DNA of 64,000 nt from Epiperipatus broadwayi (GCA_028023455.1 JAQFVV010000005.1:8122001-8186000), one strand, 5' to 3'; positions 28,653 to 42,429 are shown, numbered from the stretch's first letter. Notes: generated by a model not told the origin, from the sequence alone. Translations and numbers: made by a program.

Positions 28653-29691
28653 ATTTATTTTTTTTGCATGTGTGTGGTCATGAGTAGCAGTAGTATGAGA
28701 TAGTGTGGATAGTGAAGGGGCTTGAAAGTCTGAGTTCAAATCCCCTATATTTATTTAGCAATGTATAAACTATAGAAAGATGACAAATGAAGAAATGTGT
28801 ATACCACATATCTCCCTCTTTAATAAAAATAAAGAAAACTATTCTAAACAATTAACATAAAGCCATTACTACAAAATTAACATTCCATCAATAAATCATA
28901 ATTAATTAAAATTATACCACCATAATAATAAAATCAATTCTTATGTACAAGTAGGTGTCATATGAAAATTTTTTTTATCTAAACATACTAAAATCAATTA
29001 TACTAATATCCTGCAATAATTATATCCATTTGCATTTTCACATTTTATCCTAAGTGGATATTTGCGAAATAAATCCATAATATTATATAAGTGGTATGAT
29101 ATATTGATAAGAGTAACTCCATTTCTAATAAATATGGAATCTTTGTAACAAAAAAAATCATGAATATAATTACTATAAACTAAATATTTACTATTACATC
29201 CATAATGATTCATGCACTTGATTGCAGCCTTGTCATAAACTACATTTTCTAAATCACTAATCTCACAAATGAAACATACATCATTGATCTTACTTTGTGA
29301 TACAGAAAATTTCTCATATTAACAATCAAGGTACTTATATTCATTATTATGTATCTCGTAATAATAAAATCATTTGGACTTTAAATGTTTTATTTCTGAA
29401 GACAAAATTTTATATGTATCATCATTATTTAAGCTTGTGATGGAATTCCCTATCGATGAAACTGTCATTTATTTTAAACTGTACATCTAAATTACTATAT
29501 GAATCATTATATTTATTCTGACTCCAATCATTGGACCACTTGTTCATGCCTATTCTGTATCTTTAATTTTTTATCATTAATTTATAAACAAACCAAAACT
29601 CTCCGTACAGTAGATGGTGATCATGTGATGCTTAATGGTTTCATCATTAATTTGTTGAAACTCATTTAATTCAGTTTTTAAAATTTTATCT

Positions 29692-30099
29692 TCATTTTGG
29701 GATTCTAACTTCTAATTCATATTGATCCTCTTCTATTTTGCTTATTAAAATTTCCAGGCCTGGTTTCATTTCTAGTTTAAGCTCTTCTTGGCTTGTTTTT
29801 ATTTCTTGTTTAAATAGTTCCTGACTCTTACCATATTTTTCTTGATCTTCATTGAGCTCACTTTTTAGATCTCTATAACCTTGTTTCATTCCTTGCATGA
29901 ACTCTATTTGAGTTTGCCTTATTATTTGCATAAGCTCTTCATTGTTCTTGTCACATTTTTGTTGATTTTGTTTCATTACTTTCATTAAACTTTTTAACTT
30001 AGCCATTATAGGTTCATTTTGATCATCTTTTGATGTGACATATATTTCACTAACTTTTCTTGTCTGTCTTAATGTATCTAAACCTCTTTCATTTTTCAT
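29692..30099 (-). pseudogene. Coiled-coil ORF fragment resembling the N-terminus of an LTR-element gag
   Basis: 135-aa K/E/Q/M-rich heptad-like ORF (MAKLKSLMKVMKQNQQK..QELFKQEIKTSQEELKLEMK); downstream frame decayed. Confidence 0.4.
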
Positions 30100-31958
30100 A
30101 ATTTATTCTTATCTATAATTACTATTTTAGAAAAAAAAAGAACATGACTTTATTTCTCAATTTAATACCTCAGACCAAATAAAATGAATAACTTGTTTCT
30201 TCTATTATGCTTTACATACAGAATCCTACAACTTAATTAAACCTCTACTAATATACATTTTAATTCATGAAACAGAACTTTTTAATAGAAATACCACAAT
30301 AGCATTATGTTCAGTAGTGATTGATTTACCTACCACAACATTATTATACCAAAACTAATATATTATTATTTTTTAAAATTTTAACATATTCTGTACAACA
30401 TAATGTGGATTTTATGACCATAATCAGAAGACTTTGCATTATGCTATTATCCAAAGATTCAAACAGTGAGCACTAATGTTTTCTGTCTTTTGTCTAAAAT
30501 AAATAAGATACAATACCTTTGGTAAATAAGCCAGCTTCAAATGGTACTCATTATTTATCTTAGTTATTTTACGAAGAGAAATTAATAATATTTATTAGTA
30601 ATGAGCCCATATTTCTTTGCCATTTTACTAACATAGAGCATACATCTGGTACTTTTAAAGTCACAAATTTTTATTAATATAAGGCAAATCCAGCATCATC
30701 ATCTGCTACTTTGCCTTCACATGCCCTTTTTTGGCATATTTATAAAACATTTTATTTATAAAGCACTTTATAGCTTCATCATTTCTCAACTCATGTACTG
30801 TTATACTTAATTTTCAGAAAACACTTTGATAACTCATTCTGAATTCAAATCCTTAATAAAGCACAACTACAAATTTAAAATTATTATCTATGGAGTCATT
30901 AATCATTTTAATTCATCACCAATATATACAAAAATAGCTGATATCAATTGTGATCATTGATCAAATATTTTGATTCTATCTATTATAAACTTTAAATCTC
31001 TGATGGGTTATCACTAAATACTCAAGTCCTTGTGGGCAGCCAATTGTAAATGAGACATTTATTTTTGAATAAATATTTGAAATATTTCAATATCCGTTAA
31101 ACAGTTAATAAATGTTTTTTACCAAACAAGAATATTTATTGTGGACTCATTGGCAATCTATAAATTTGAGTCTATTGTACATATAGATATGAACTGTTAT
31201 AACACCAATTTATTTACTCATGTTTTAAATTGCCTGAGTATGATATTTACTTAGTAAATTTAGATTGTTGAGATATGCAATACATAAGTGAAGAAAAACA
31301 CTTGGTTCATAATTATATTTATCATAGGTCAAATATGTAATGCTTATTTCTAGTACAATTGGGCTACTTAATCAGAGGGCATTTAATGATAATCCCATTT
31401 ATGATATTAGTTGCCTATAAATTTTATGCTATCATTTATTAATACTCTTATTTCAAATACTTTGAATATATATATATATATTATATATATATTATAATAA
31501 TGGTATAATTATTTGTATTAGTTATACATTAAATAATCACAAGTTGCTGTAGTCTTAATTTTTACTAGGGGTTAATTTTCATAATCATATTGCTGTTATG
31601 AAGCATAGCAATCACTCACAAACATAACAAAGTTAACATTCTTATAGATATTATTTTAAAAAAGTTAACTGGAAATGATATAGTGGATTTCTTGAATAGT
31701 ATATTAATAGAATCCATCCAAATCTTTCTTGCTATGATATGTTTAACAAACTTATAGTCAGCTATTAGAGAATCCATTCCTCATGGATACTAAAACATTT
31801 CAGAATAATTCTTTTCATCTAGGAAAGATCCCCAAATTTCTGACAAATGTGCAAAATCATTAGGTAATGCCAGAAAAAAAAGTTGAAATGGATCTTGAAG
31901 AATTGTAATTTTAGAAGATTTACACATAAATCCTGGGCACTTTTATATAAGCTTAGTG

Positions 31959-34340
31959 CAGGGATCATCAAACTTTTTTGATTATTGACTCCCTAAATAA
32001 TCTTTGAAACCTTATTGACCCTCACAAAATTTATTTTTAGTGGTTTATTTATGTATGACTTATGCTTTTATTTTGAAATTTTGCATTAATATATGTAATA
32101 ACAATTTTATAGTAATCATTTTAATAATTTTTCTGACTGACAATCAGTGAGAGAGATGGGCTTGACGATTCTTAGGAAGATTAGCAATATTTGATTCAAA
32201 ATTACTAAGTTTTAGATTTAAATCACCTCAGAATTCTACATTCAACTATTTTCTCTAACATTAACATGACTGAAAACAGCTTCAACCATATACAAACTTG
32301 AAAATGCCAGCAAACAGGATATGCCATATCACAAAGTTTTGTTATATTTTTGTATTTATATTTGTCCAAAAATTGCTCAAAGTTACATTTTAAAAAAGCA
32401 TCTTTGCTTCAAGATCAGCTAATAATTCAATAATTTCATCTTGCAAGTTGATATCAAAGTTTTTAATTTGAATGGAAAGTCTATTCTGGGATATCAATAT
32501 TTTTTAAATCTGCATAGTGCAGTTTCAAATCATCATTCAATTTTTGAAAGAGATTTATATATATTTCCAAGTCTTCATCTTTTATTTGCAATTGTCATAG
32601 ATTTAAAAAGTATTGAAAACCTTTATGTAACAGTGAAGATTTAAACAAACTTAATTTAACTTGGTAACCTAAAAGAACTGTCTAAGCTTTAATAATTATG
32701 ACATCTTTACCTTGGAGCTTTGTTTGAATGTCATTGAATTTTTCAAATAAATCCGCTAAGTAAAAAATATGGTTCTTGGGTTTTTGCAGTTCATCACTCA
32801 GAATAGAATTTATTTCAATAAAATTTTTTATCATAGAATCAAATAACTCAATGAGCCTTCATAAAAGTGTAAGTCAACCATCTGACTTCAGTATGTAAAA
32901 GTTACCGGCTTGATAATTCATTTTTTTTACAAAGTTTGAAAAACTTAATTTAAGAGGTTGGGTTCTAATTTAATTAATAGATTTAATACAAAACTATAAG
33001 CATTATGCAAAATTAGATAGATATTTTGCAACTATGTGGGTTCTATACAAAACACAGTGAGTAGTATGTATACCAGGAACATTTTTTTAAAGAAAAGTAA
33101 AACCTTGCTAATGGCTTACCATAGCAGGTGCACCATTTATGGCTACTGCTATTATATTGTTGAATGGAATGTCATATTTATTCAAATATTTTTTTAAACA
33201 TATATTCTCCCACCTTCTCTATCACTTTCAAGATATTTAGCAAATAAAAGTTCATTAATGATTGGATATTTAATTTTACTAAAATATCTGACATAAGCTA
33301 TAAGAAGAAAAGTAACACCAAAAACAGTCTCATCATGTTGAATAGAAAACTTTTTGCGAGCTCTTGGACTACCATATTTTCTATATCTTCAGCCATTTTA
33401 TCAATACACTGTTTTACAGAATTCACACCTAATAGTAAGCACTTGAAAACATTAACCTAGTCTTTTTTCATTACATTTTCATAACATCTTTAATTGCAAG
33501 TATAACTACATCTGCAATTGTATATGGCTTTCCCTTTTTTGCTATATTGAGTGAAATCTTGTATAAAGTTATTAATCCTCCTTCAATTTCAACTATAGCA
33601 GATGACTTCATAATACTTTTTATATTTGGTTGACTTGCAAATATTTCTTTTTTACGTTTTTTTTAAAAAATCAAGATCTTTATCCTTTTTATTAGAATGT
33701 TTCATTGCATTATTTATAAAAGTTTTTTCACAGAGAAGACACATGTATTGTGTCATTTATTAGTGAAGAAATAAATCCAATTTTCAAATAATCCAATGAA
33801 AATTGTCAGCATTTTTTTAGAAGTTGAAGTTGCATTACAGAATTAGGGTCCTATAAATAATAAAAAATGAAATTGGTCAGTCAATAGTAGTACATAGTAA
33901 TTGTAATCTTACCTACTTTATTATATGTGTATACCAATAATGTGAAATATTAAATGAACAGTGATGTAAAACAGCTTTGGATATGCTAATAATGTCAGCA
34001 TACACTGTGAATGTTTGACATACTATACCATAACCTATGTTTTGGGTAAATGGAACATAGACTTGGCAAGTTTTGCCAGCCCTGTGTGACTCGATCCGTA
34101 TCTGTTTTTCATGTAGATAATTAATCATACTAAGTTTGCAGTGATGAGTTATGTAATTTTTGCTAGTAAACAAACTGGTGTTAAATTCATTGAAACAATA
34201 TTCAAAAACATTGCATATATAATTATATTTGTGATTTTTAATCAATTTTTCCATCAACTCTCAATCAAGACCCTAGGTTGGATCTACGATCAATAATGAT
34301 ATATTGATCCCTAGGGGTTGATATTGACCACTATAGCATA
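31959..34340 (-). mobile_element. hAT DNA transposon (Buster/Charlie, ZBED5/SCAND3-like transposase), decayed
   Basis: Minus-strand ISLNIAKKGKPYTI, CIDKMAEDIE..FSIQHDET..LLIAYVRYF, HCVLYR, TEVRWL, FSSLYMVEAVFS; left terminus CAGGGATCATCAAACT, degenerate right terminus near 34300-34340. Confidence 0.8.
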
Positions 34341-35284
34341 GTGGATGTAAAATTATTTTAAAAAGAAATACTCATCTCACTGCTGATGGATTTTCCAATT
34401 TTTTAACTCAAGTTGATAGAATTAAAAAAGCATCATTTAAACAGAATTGCAAAACTTCTCTTTCACAATATTTTTTTTAAAATATCTCTACCATGAATTT
34501 CTTTCTTTGATATCTTAAATTATGAAAAGTCTTAAGATAGATAATGCACTTTTAAAGTTTCTAAAAAGTTTAGGATTCATTGTCAAAGCATGGTTGCAAA
34601 CTATTTTGTAATGTTATTCATACAAAAATTATTCCAAAAGTTTGACATGAAAGCAAAGTTATAGCATTCTTAAATCTAAATAAAACTGGAAATAATTAAA
34701 AAAAGTATTATTCAATCCCATTTTTATTGTGCTTACTACAAACATTTTGAAAAACACATACAAGAATTTGGCCAATAATTGAAAAGCATCTAGTGCACCC
34801 TTGATTTAGGCCAGGAAGAAACTGCTGTGATCACATTTTATCTTTAATAACTTGTACTGAAAAAGGCTTTTAAAATAAATTTAAAAAAATATTGTTACCT
34901 TTATTAATTCAACTTCAGTTTATGATATTTTAAAAAATGGGTTTCTAAAACTTCTAAATGCAGAAAAATTATTAATAAATGACAATTATAATAAGTATGA
35001 AATTTTAAAGAACAATTACCATGGTATTCATCTTTTCTCATTTACTTTATTTAATATATTCATCAGAGATCTTCAACAAACAATATTAATTTAATGTCTC
35101 AAAATAGATCCTTTCCTGAAGTAGAAACATCTTTCAATAAAGGTATGAACTTATTGGAGATCTTTCTCAAAGACTTGGGTTTTAGTTGTAATCTGATAAA
35201 GGCAGTGTGTTAAATTTTTCATTTACATAACAGGAAATCATCTTGTAATACGAATAATTGTTTGTAATAATAGACTAAAATATT

Positions 35285-35570
35285 ATATATGGATGTATAA
35301 TGTCCAATAATATGAAGGGCTAGATTGACAATAATATCAAGGCTTTGAGCATTCCATCATCAGCTTCTCAATGAAGTGGATGATTGAATAGTTGGGAAGG
35401 TGAGAAAATTGAAGCCTCCATTAAAGTTTAAGAAATTGCTATCTTAATATAAACCAAGTACTGGTTGTATATATGTGTGGGAAATTATGATTTGGCCCAA
35501 CTGATGAGTGCTGGTTCTGCACAAAATATGCATATTGGGGATCATGTGTATGGTCATGTGTAGTAATAAG
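35285..35570 (+). mobile_element. Dispersed truncated copy of the hammerhead repeat family
   Basis: Collinear with 28370-28690 (CATCAGCTT.TCAATG, CCATTAAAGT.TAAG, GCTATCTTAATATAAAC, hammerhead motif). Confidence 0.8.
35489..35543 (+). ncRNA. Hammerhead motif with compensatory stem I changes, G12 mutated to A
   Basis: GATT-TGG-CCCAA CTGATGA GTGC-tggttct-GCAC AAAA TATGCAT A TTGGG-GATC. Confidence 0.65.
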
Positions 35571-36549
35571 AAAAAACAGTTTTTGTTATCATGTAAAACT
35601 TGGAAAGAGGGAATGTTACACTTGGTAACAAACTTTCTGGAAGCATAGTCTTAGCACAGAAAGTTTTCCTTCATTTAAGAAATTTTACATGACATCATTA
35701 TTATAAGATATAATCTGTAAGGTATTATTTACATAATTGATTATATTAAATTTTGAATTAATATGTGAAGTTTATATAAAATAGAACTGACTAGAATCTA
35801 TTTGGTATTTGCTTTAACAATTGTGAATTTCATAAAACAAATAATATGTTTTATGTAGCATACATTGAAATAAAGTTAGTGAAAACAATTTAAAATAAAA
35901 AAAATCAAGACTTTTGAATTGTGATTAAAGATGTTGAGGCAATCACATCTGATATAGAAGAATCCTCAAAATGATTCTGAAAAGTTTGTATTATAGTAGT
36001 TCACAATTCAGAATTTGACTGTCATCTTATTGCTGTTATAGATATTATTACTGTGATTATTCATATGTAAGGGTGCTAAGATGGGGTGCTCACCAACCAG
36101 TGCAACAAGTTTTATGGATTTTTTTTAATCCTGAGTTTAAGATAAGAAACATTATGGTTTTTCTTTTTGGTTATTTAATAATTCTTAACTGAAATATCTG
36201 TTGAGTTTTTCAAAGCACATAAATATATGCATGTGAAATTCTTTTATATTTTATAAATATTTTCAATAATAACAGAAAATTAAATAATGTACTGTTGTCC
36301 AGAAGGCTATAAAATCAGCCAAAGCAATGATTGGTGTCAAAGATAGTGAAGACTAAGACCTCTAGTTGCAGAGCTAGGTTGCCATATAATGACAACATTT
36401 TATTTAGATATCTATAATATCTGCAGATTATTTTAAAGTGAAGGAATGTTGCATTACTCAGAGAAAAACTAATTTTTAATGAGATATTGTTGGAATTTGT
36501 AAAGATATGAGATGGAAAAAGACAATTGGTTTTAAAAATGAACAAAAAT

Positions 36550-38390
36550 AGAATAACATTGTAGAGACTGATAGTACATTAGGCAGAGCGGCATGATTAA
36601 TTAATCAAATTAATAAAAGATATCAAATGTAGACAATTCAAGTTTATGCTTTAACAAGTATTCTTTGTAATAAATAAATAGAGAATTTTCATTTAGATGT
36701 GCAAAATGTTTTTACCAAATATTTTAAAATTATTATGAGAGACTAATGCTAGATTTGATAACCAATTAAAAGATAAAAATATTGTGGATAAATTTGATAA
36801 TGATAGACAGAAATGTGAAAAATTTTAGATTTGTGAAGTTTACAGAAAAAGAAAAGCTGTACATTATGATTCATTTATTAAATGTAAATAAATATGAAAG
36901 TAGAGCAGAACTGGATTATATTTTGACCAATAGAAAATATATATTTTAATACTTATTGTGTTTAAATCTAGGAAATGATCATCAATTAGTGTGATGTTAA
37001 TGCAAAGCTAAAGAGAAAAAGTATTAAAAAATAATAACAACTGATATTCTTAACCTTCAGAAAAAATTCCAATGAATTTGAGTTATAATTTGCAAATTGT
37101 TTTAAAATACTAATAAACTTAGAAGATTGTTCAGTTTTGACTGAAATCAATAAGAAGATACTGGTACAAAAAAGAAGCAATTTACCAATATATTTTCCAT
37201 TGAAACTAAAGAATATATGATGGAATATGATTTTTTTTTAAAAAATGATTCATTATGAATTGAATATCTAGTGTTTTATAAAATGGTATGAAAAAATATA
37301 TAATAAAATATAATTATGAATTGCCAAGGAAAGCTATAAAAAAGAATAAAAGTCTCAAAAGTATAAAACAAAATCTTGGTATTGGAAGGAATGTTGTAAC
37401 AATAATGAAAAATGGAACTATTGCTAAAAAGAAAAATAGCATCATGAAATATATTTATGAGTTCTATAAAAACATATACAGTAATAAATCACAAGAAAAC
37501 ATTGTATTCCCTAAATTTATTACATTTTTTAAATTTCCAACTATTTTATATAAAGAAATGAAATATCTAATTAAATCTATGATGAAGGGAAAACCCCAAA
37601 ACATGATGAATTATTTATATTTAAAAAAAAATACAAGTGAAATTAGAAAAGTTGTTGGTAAACCTATAAATCAAATGTCTAAATGATAAAAATGTATCAG
37701 ATGATTGAAGGAAAGTGATAAAAAATATTAGAAATTGTAGACTTATTTGAATTGTAAAAAAAAATGTTGACCAAAATAATTACAACACTTCTCAGCAAAA
37801 TTTGGATTCTGACTAAACAAATAGATTTAAAAGTGAGTTTACAATAGTGAATAATATTCAAGTGTTCAGAAAAATTATAAAAAGACCAATGAATATGAGC
37901 TGGCATTATACTTTGAATTTATAGATTATGAAAAGTATTTGATGGTATAAGCATAGTGATTAAAGTTTTGGATTATTAAGATATAAACCTGAAATATTAT
38001 ATTCTGCAGAGCATTTATCAAAATTTCACCAGCAGTAACTAGATTGATGCAAAAAAGATTACATTAAAAAGGGTGTATAACAAAATAATTCCATATCTCC
38101 AAAACTTTTTACAGAAGTTTTACAAGAAGTATTTTGCGGATTGAAATGTAAATTATGGAAGTAAAAGTAAATGTTGATTATTTAAATAATTTAAATTTTT
38201 ATAGATAATGTAGTTGTTTTTGAAAATAATCATCCAAAGATTCAGAAAATGTTCCATGAGTTAAAAGATGAAAGTAATAAAGTAGATCTAAAAATAAATG
38301 CTAAAAAGATTAAGGTACTATTCAATGGTTTTCTCAGAAGAAAATAAAGTTTGATAATCATAAATTAAAAGTTAGTATTTTAGATCTAGT
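36550..38390 (+). mobile_element. RTE-clade LINE (endonuclease plus RT), decayed and 3'-truncated
   Basis: QVYALT, DYILTNRK, GNDHQLV (APE); DYEK.FD, KGV*QNNSISPKLFT, NNLNFIDNVV (RT, cf. LRFADD); ORF 37288-37686 is the linker. Confidence 0.75.
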
Positions 38391-39182
38391 TTCTAGAGTC
38401 CCCGTGCTCCACTGAGGTGAGCCACAAGCTTGAAAACAATTGGTCTGGAGATAGGGATTTACGATAGAGATTTTGAGTTCTTTCTCTTTTAGCACTGATA
38501 AAATAAAGCTTGATTAGAGCTATTGGTAAGCTCTATCTAGTGATCATAAAATGCAAGCTTAAAAACAAGTTACAAAATTTATGACTTGTTTTAATTATAT
38601 ATATTTATATATAACATAATAAATGAAATTAATCATAGAACTGAACATGGATAGTAGACTTTTACATAATTTAGGTTAAATGAAAGGTTTTTACATATAT
38701 ATTTTACTAGCTTTCACTTCAGACCAATCAATAAAGTATAAAGATTATATTAGTATGAATACAAAGATGGGTGAGAAAACAAACAGATATTGACATTATT
38801 AAAAGAATTAATTTACTGAAATGAAGCTTGGATAGATGCATATCTAGTTGAGATGATAATGAAAGGATAGTTGAAATTTTGAGTTGAATCACTAAAGATT
38901 GTAAAAGATCTAGAAAAAGATCACATGAGAAAATAAAGCTTGCTACTATGACATGGAGAAGTGAGGCTAAGAATGGGGGGGGGGGGGGATAAACTTGTCA
39001 TATTTTCATTCTGAAGTGGCTCAATAATGACTGAAAATAATATTAATCATCTTTTATCTTAGATAAATAATGTAATAATAAAAGTGATTAAATATTCTCA
39101 TTCATAATATTATAAGATACAGGATATATAAAATATTTGAATACACTTATATTGTTTATACTAAATTTAATGTGATTACAAA

Positions 39183-39575
39183 GGACTTGGAGCTCAAACT
39201 TTCAAGATCTCCACAACTATCCACTCCATCTTATACAAGATACACATGCCCACATACATGTGAAAAAGATAAATGATCTCCATTATATTTATTTCATGCT
39301 GAATCAGCACTCATCAATTGGTCCAGATCACCATTTCTCACTTATATATAGAATCAGTGCTCAGTTTATATTAAGATAGCAAATCTTCAAACTTTAGTGG
39401 ACAAGTTTCAATCTTTTCCATCCTCTAACTCTTCAACCATCCATAACATTGAACATCCATGGTTGGAATGCTCAAAACCCTTGTTGATAACATATATGAC
39501 CTTAATATGTCCATTTAAATATACAGAAGAGGGATGGGCAGAATACAAGCTAAAAAGATATTTAAATATATGTAT
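39183..39575 (-). mobile_element. Dispersed copy of the hammerhead repeat family with a degenerate ribozyme (39275-39329)
   Basis: Collinear with 27715-28110; motif GATC-TGG-ACCAA TTGATGA GTGCTG-att-CAGCAT GAAA TAAATAT A ATGGA-GATC has C3 to U and a broken inner stem I. Confidence 0.8.
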
Positions 39576-41189
39576 ATTGTCTATACTAAACTTAATCTAT
39601 GTACATATAAAAGGATAGATATTGGCTATGTATATAATGTAAATCAAAGATTAAAATAGATTAAATTTACATTGAGGAAGGCAAAAAAAATATTTGCCAA
39701 AAAAAGCTTTTATGCATTACTATTATAAATATATGGTTAGCTGTTATATAATGATTATTTATATATATGTATATCATTGATAAATCAGCAAAAGGATTAT
39801 GTTTATATATTTTTTTAAATATAATTACTGGAATTAAACAATATGTAAAAATTATAAGTATGCATTCATGTTTTTAAAAAAATGTGTGTATATATATATA
39901 CTGTATGTATGTGTATACATGTACAGAATGTTTGTATGTATATATTTGTACATGTAAAAATCAGTTTATATAATTGAATAAGATATTCACATGGGTTACA
40001 TTTTACGTTATTTGCAAATATATATATATAATATAATGATGCCATCTATTTGTGCACAAAATATTTAATGTTTATATATAATTGCAATGTTTAGCACAGT
40101 GGCCAACTAAAAAATTGAAATTTTCTGTTCAAGCTTAACTGTCCTTGTGTGTGGTCTATTATTATGTAATCTCATGAGTGACAAATCATTCAATTATTTA
40201 AAATGTGTACAGTATATTGGTTTATGAAAATAAATTTGGACATTAATGTAATCAATATTACAATTACAAAATAATAGTTAACATTTTGCTAATTTAAAAA
40301 CTATTGTAGCTAAAATTAAAAAAAAAAATTAATTATTTGGTATTAAGAAACATTATTGTCTAACTTAAGGTAGGTATGCTTAAAATATGGGTGAGTGTAT
40401 AGATAAAATTGTGTAAATGATATATATATATATATATAGACATGTATGTATTGAAAAGTATTGATTTTCTGGCACTCAATAGTGTGTATGTACATAAATA
40501 TTTAAAGCTTAAAAGGGAAACAAAATTTGCATATATAATTACTTAAAATAGCATGTGGAATAAGTGAAGTGTTGATTATTTAATAATATTTTTTGATATT
40601 TTTGAAAAAAAATTATAAATTATGTAAAATTAAAAATATTTAATACAAATATTTTATTGGACATTTCTGAATTTGACAAAAAAAAATTTTTTTTTTATAT
40701 GAAATAAAAGTGTTTGCTTCAAAGACATGGATTTATGGAAAGGATTAAGAAATAATTTTTTAATTAAATTATTTAGGTTGTTGATGAATAAATTAAAAAA
40801 AAAAAACAGCAAACAGTTGTAATTTAGTTATAATCTTGTTAAATTTTAAGAAGACAAAGACTTAGTGTTAATCTTCCTGTTCATAAATTCCATAATATTG
40901 TTATAAATAGTGGGTTCATTTTAATTGATTATTATATAGTCAGTTTCAAAAGAAGGGCGGATGCTATTAGTCTCCACATTCAGTTTGAACTTCTACAGAA
41001 GCTAGTCAGAATTTCTACTCTGTGATATTTCATAGCCCAATAAGTGTGTAGTAGATATTGCTTACAGGAGTTGATGTTTCAGAAATTGTAGAAACTGAAC
41101 TGAATTGAGGACTGTCAATATTTTTATATGTTTATCTGATAACCAGAACAAGTCATATCAGCAAACTATATAAGAAAGATTAGTACTAA

Positions 41190-42400
41190 ACATATATTAT
41201 TTTATATATATGTTATGGTTTAAATAATAAATCCAGTTATTATTAATAATTACTGGGTGTTTTGATCAAACTGATAAAAAATATGTAAAAATCACATTGA
41301 CTGTGTAATTATTAATAATTACCAGGTCCTTTGGTCAAAATGATAAATAATACATATAAAATACATGAACCAGGTAATTATTAATAATACCAGGAGTCTG
41401 GTAAATGTAAAAAATATATATTATATTTTTATTATTTATTTATAAAATTTTAATATTCAGTGATTTTGTTTTATTTATTGTTGTATTGTTTATCAAATTA
41501 TGATAAAATTATACAAATAAGGATTATGAAACAAATAGGAAAACTTTAATTAGGAAAAAACATTTTTATAAAGATTTAAATACAGCCTACATTTTCCCCA
41601 GTAATGTTCTTACATTTTGCCTTAAGCTCTTTCAACATTCTGTTTCATACAGCATGACCAATTGCAATATGGGTGTAATGAATTAATTGAAAATTCTTTA
41701 TCAAAAAGTGTAATATGTATAATTGATTCATTTTCATTTATAATGTGAATGATAAGTTGTTTAACTGTTTATTATTTTTACAATATCACATCGTTGACAA
41801 ACATCGGTATTCTGCAGATGATTTGGCTGGAAAATTTCTCATTGTTTTCTTTAACTTTTAGCAAAAATGAATATTTGTCTATTGTAAATAATTGATGGTT
41901 TTTGATTTCTTTTTTCAATTTTCAATTATTAATTTGATCATTAAATCATTTCTTCATTATGTCTAAACCCTACTTTATGTTTATGTTAATGTAACATTAA
42001 TGGAAATGTAAAAACAATGTGCCAGCCACATTAGTGATAGACATAAATAAAAAAACAATTTTCTCCAATAACATAATAATCAACACTAAGTGAATGGTTA
42101 TCCAAAACACAACAAGGATATGACTCCTTATTTCCTCTGGAATTTGGAAATCTTCCAACCTAACATACCAAAATATATTACATTTATTGTTGACAGTCAC
42201 AAACCTAATGATATTGAAATTTATTGCATTAACCATTGACAGTTGAGAATAATATAACTACCAGTTCATGTGAGAAATTTTTAAAAATTAATCACTTTGA
42301 CCATCTTGTTTGGTTATTATTAATAATAACAGGTAATTATTAATACTAACTGATTAATCACTACAACTATAACATATAGATATATAAACATAAAAAAGTC
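41190..42400 (-). mobile_element. Ginger/KRBA2-type integrase DNA transposon relic with inverted termini
   Basis: Minus-strand LIHYTHIAIGHAV*NRMLKELKAKCKNITGE (~41590-41690), the HHCC integrase zinc-binding pattern of KRBA2/SCAND3-like transposases; ends share inverted TATATGTTAT.GTT..CAGTTA.TATTAATAATTAC. Confidence 0.5.
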
Positions 42401-42429
42401 TACTGTAACTCATATATATATATATATAT

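Larger units (their letters stand above)
27669..28750. mobile_element. Retrozyme-like composite insertion: ~1.3 units (minus sense) joined head-to-head to ~1.0 unit (plus sense), 13-bp TSD
   Basis: Unit start GAAATACCAGGCACTC recurs at 27668 and 28120 (period 452). 28271-28753 is the reverse complement of ~27706-28178 (period 467). TTATTTAGCAATG flanks both sides (27656-27668 and 28751-28763). Each full unit holds a hammerhead motif. Confidence 0.85.

Noticed and set aside
28470-28739. ORFs within the hammerhead repeat (28118-28306, 28470-28739, 39397-39618)
   Set aside because: Frames are not conserved between copies and there are no GIY-YIG or RT motifs; treated as non-coding.
27668-28763. 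CRISPR array or tRNA gene interpretation of the repeats
   Set aside because: Units are ~460 bp with no unique spacers; only a B-box-like motif, and no cloverleaf can be drawn.
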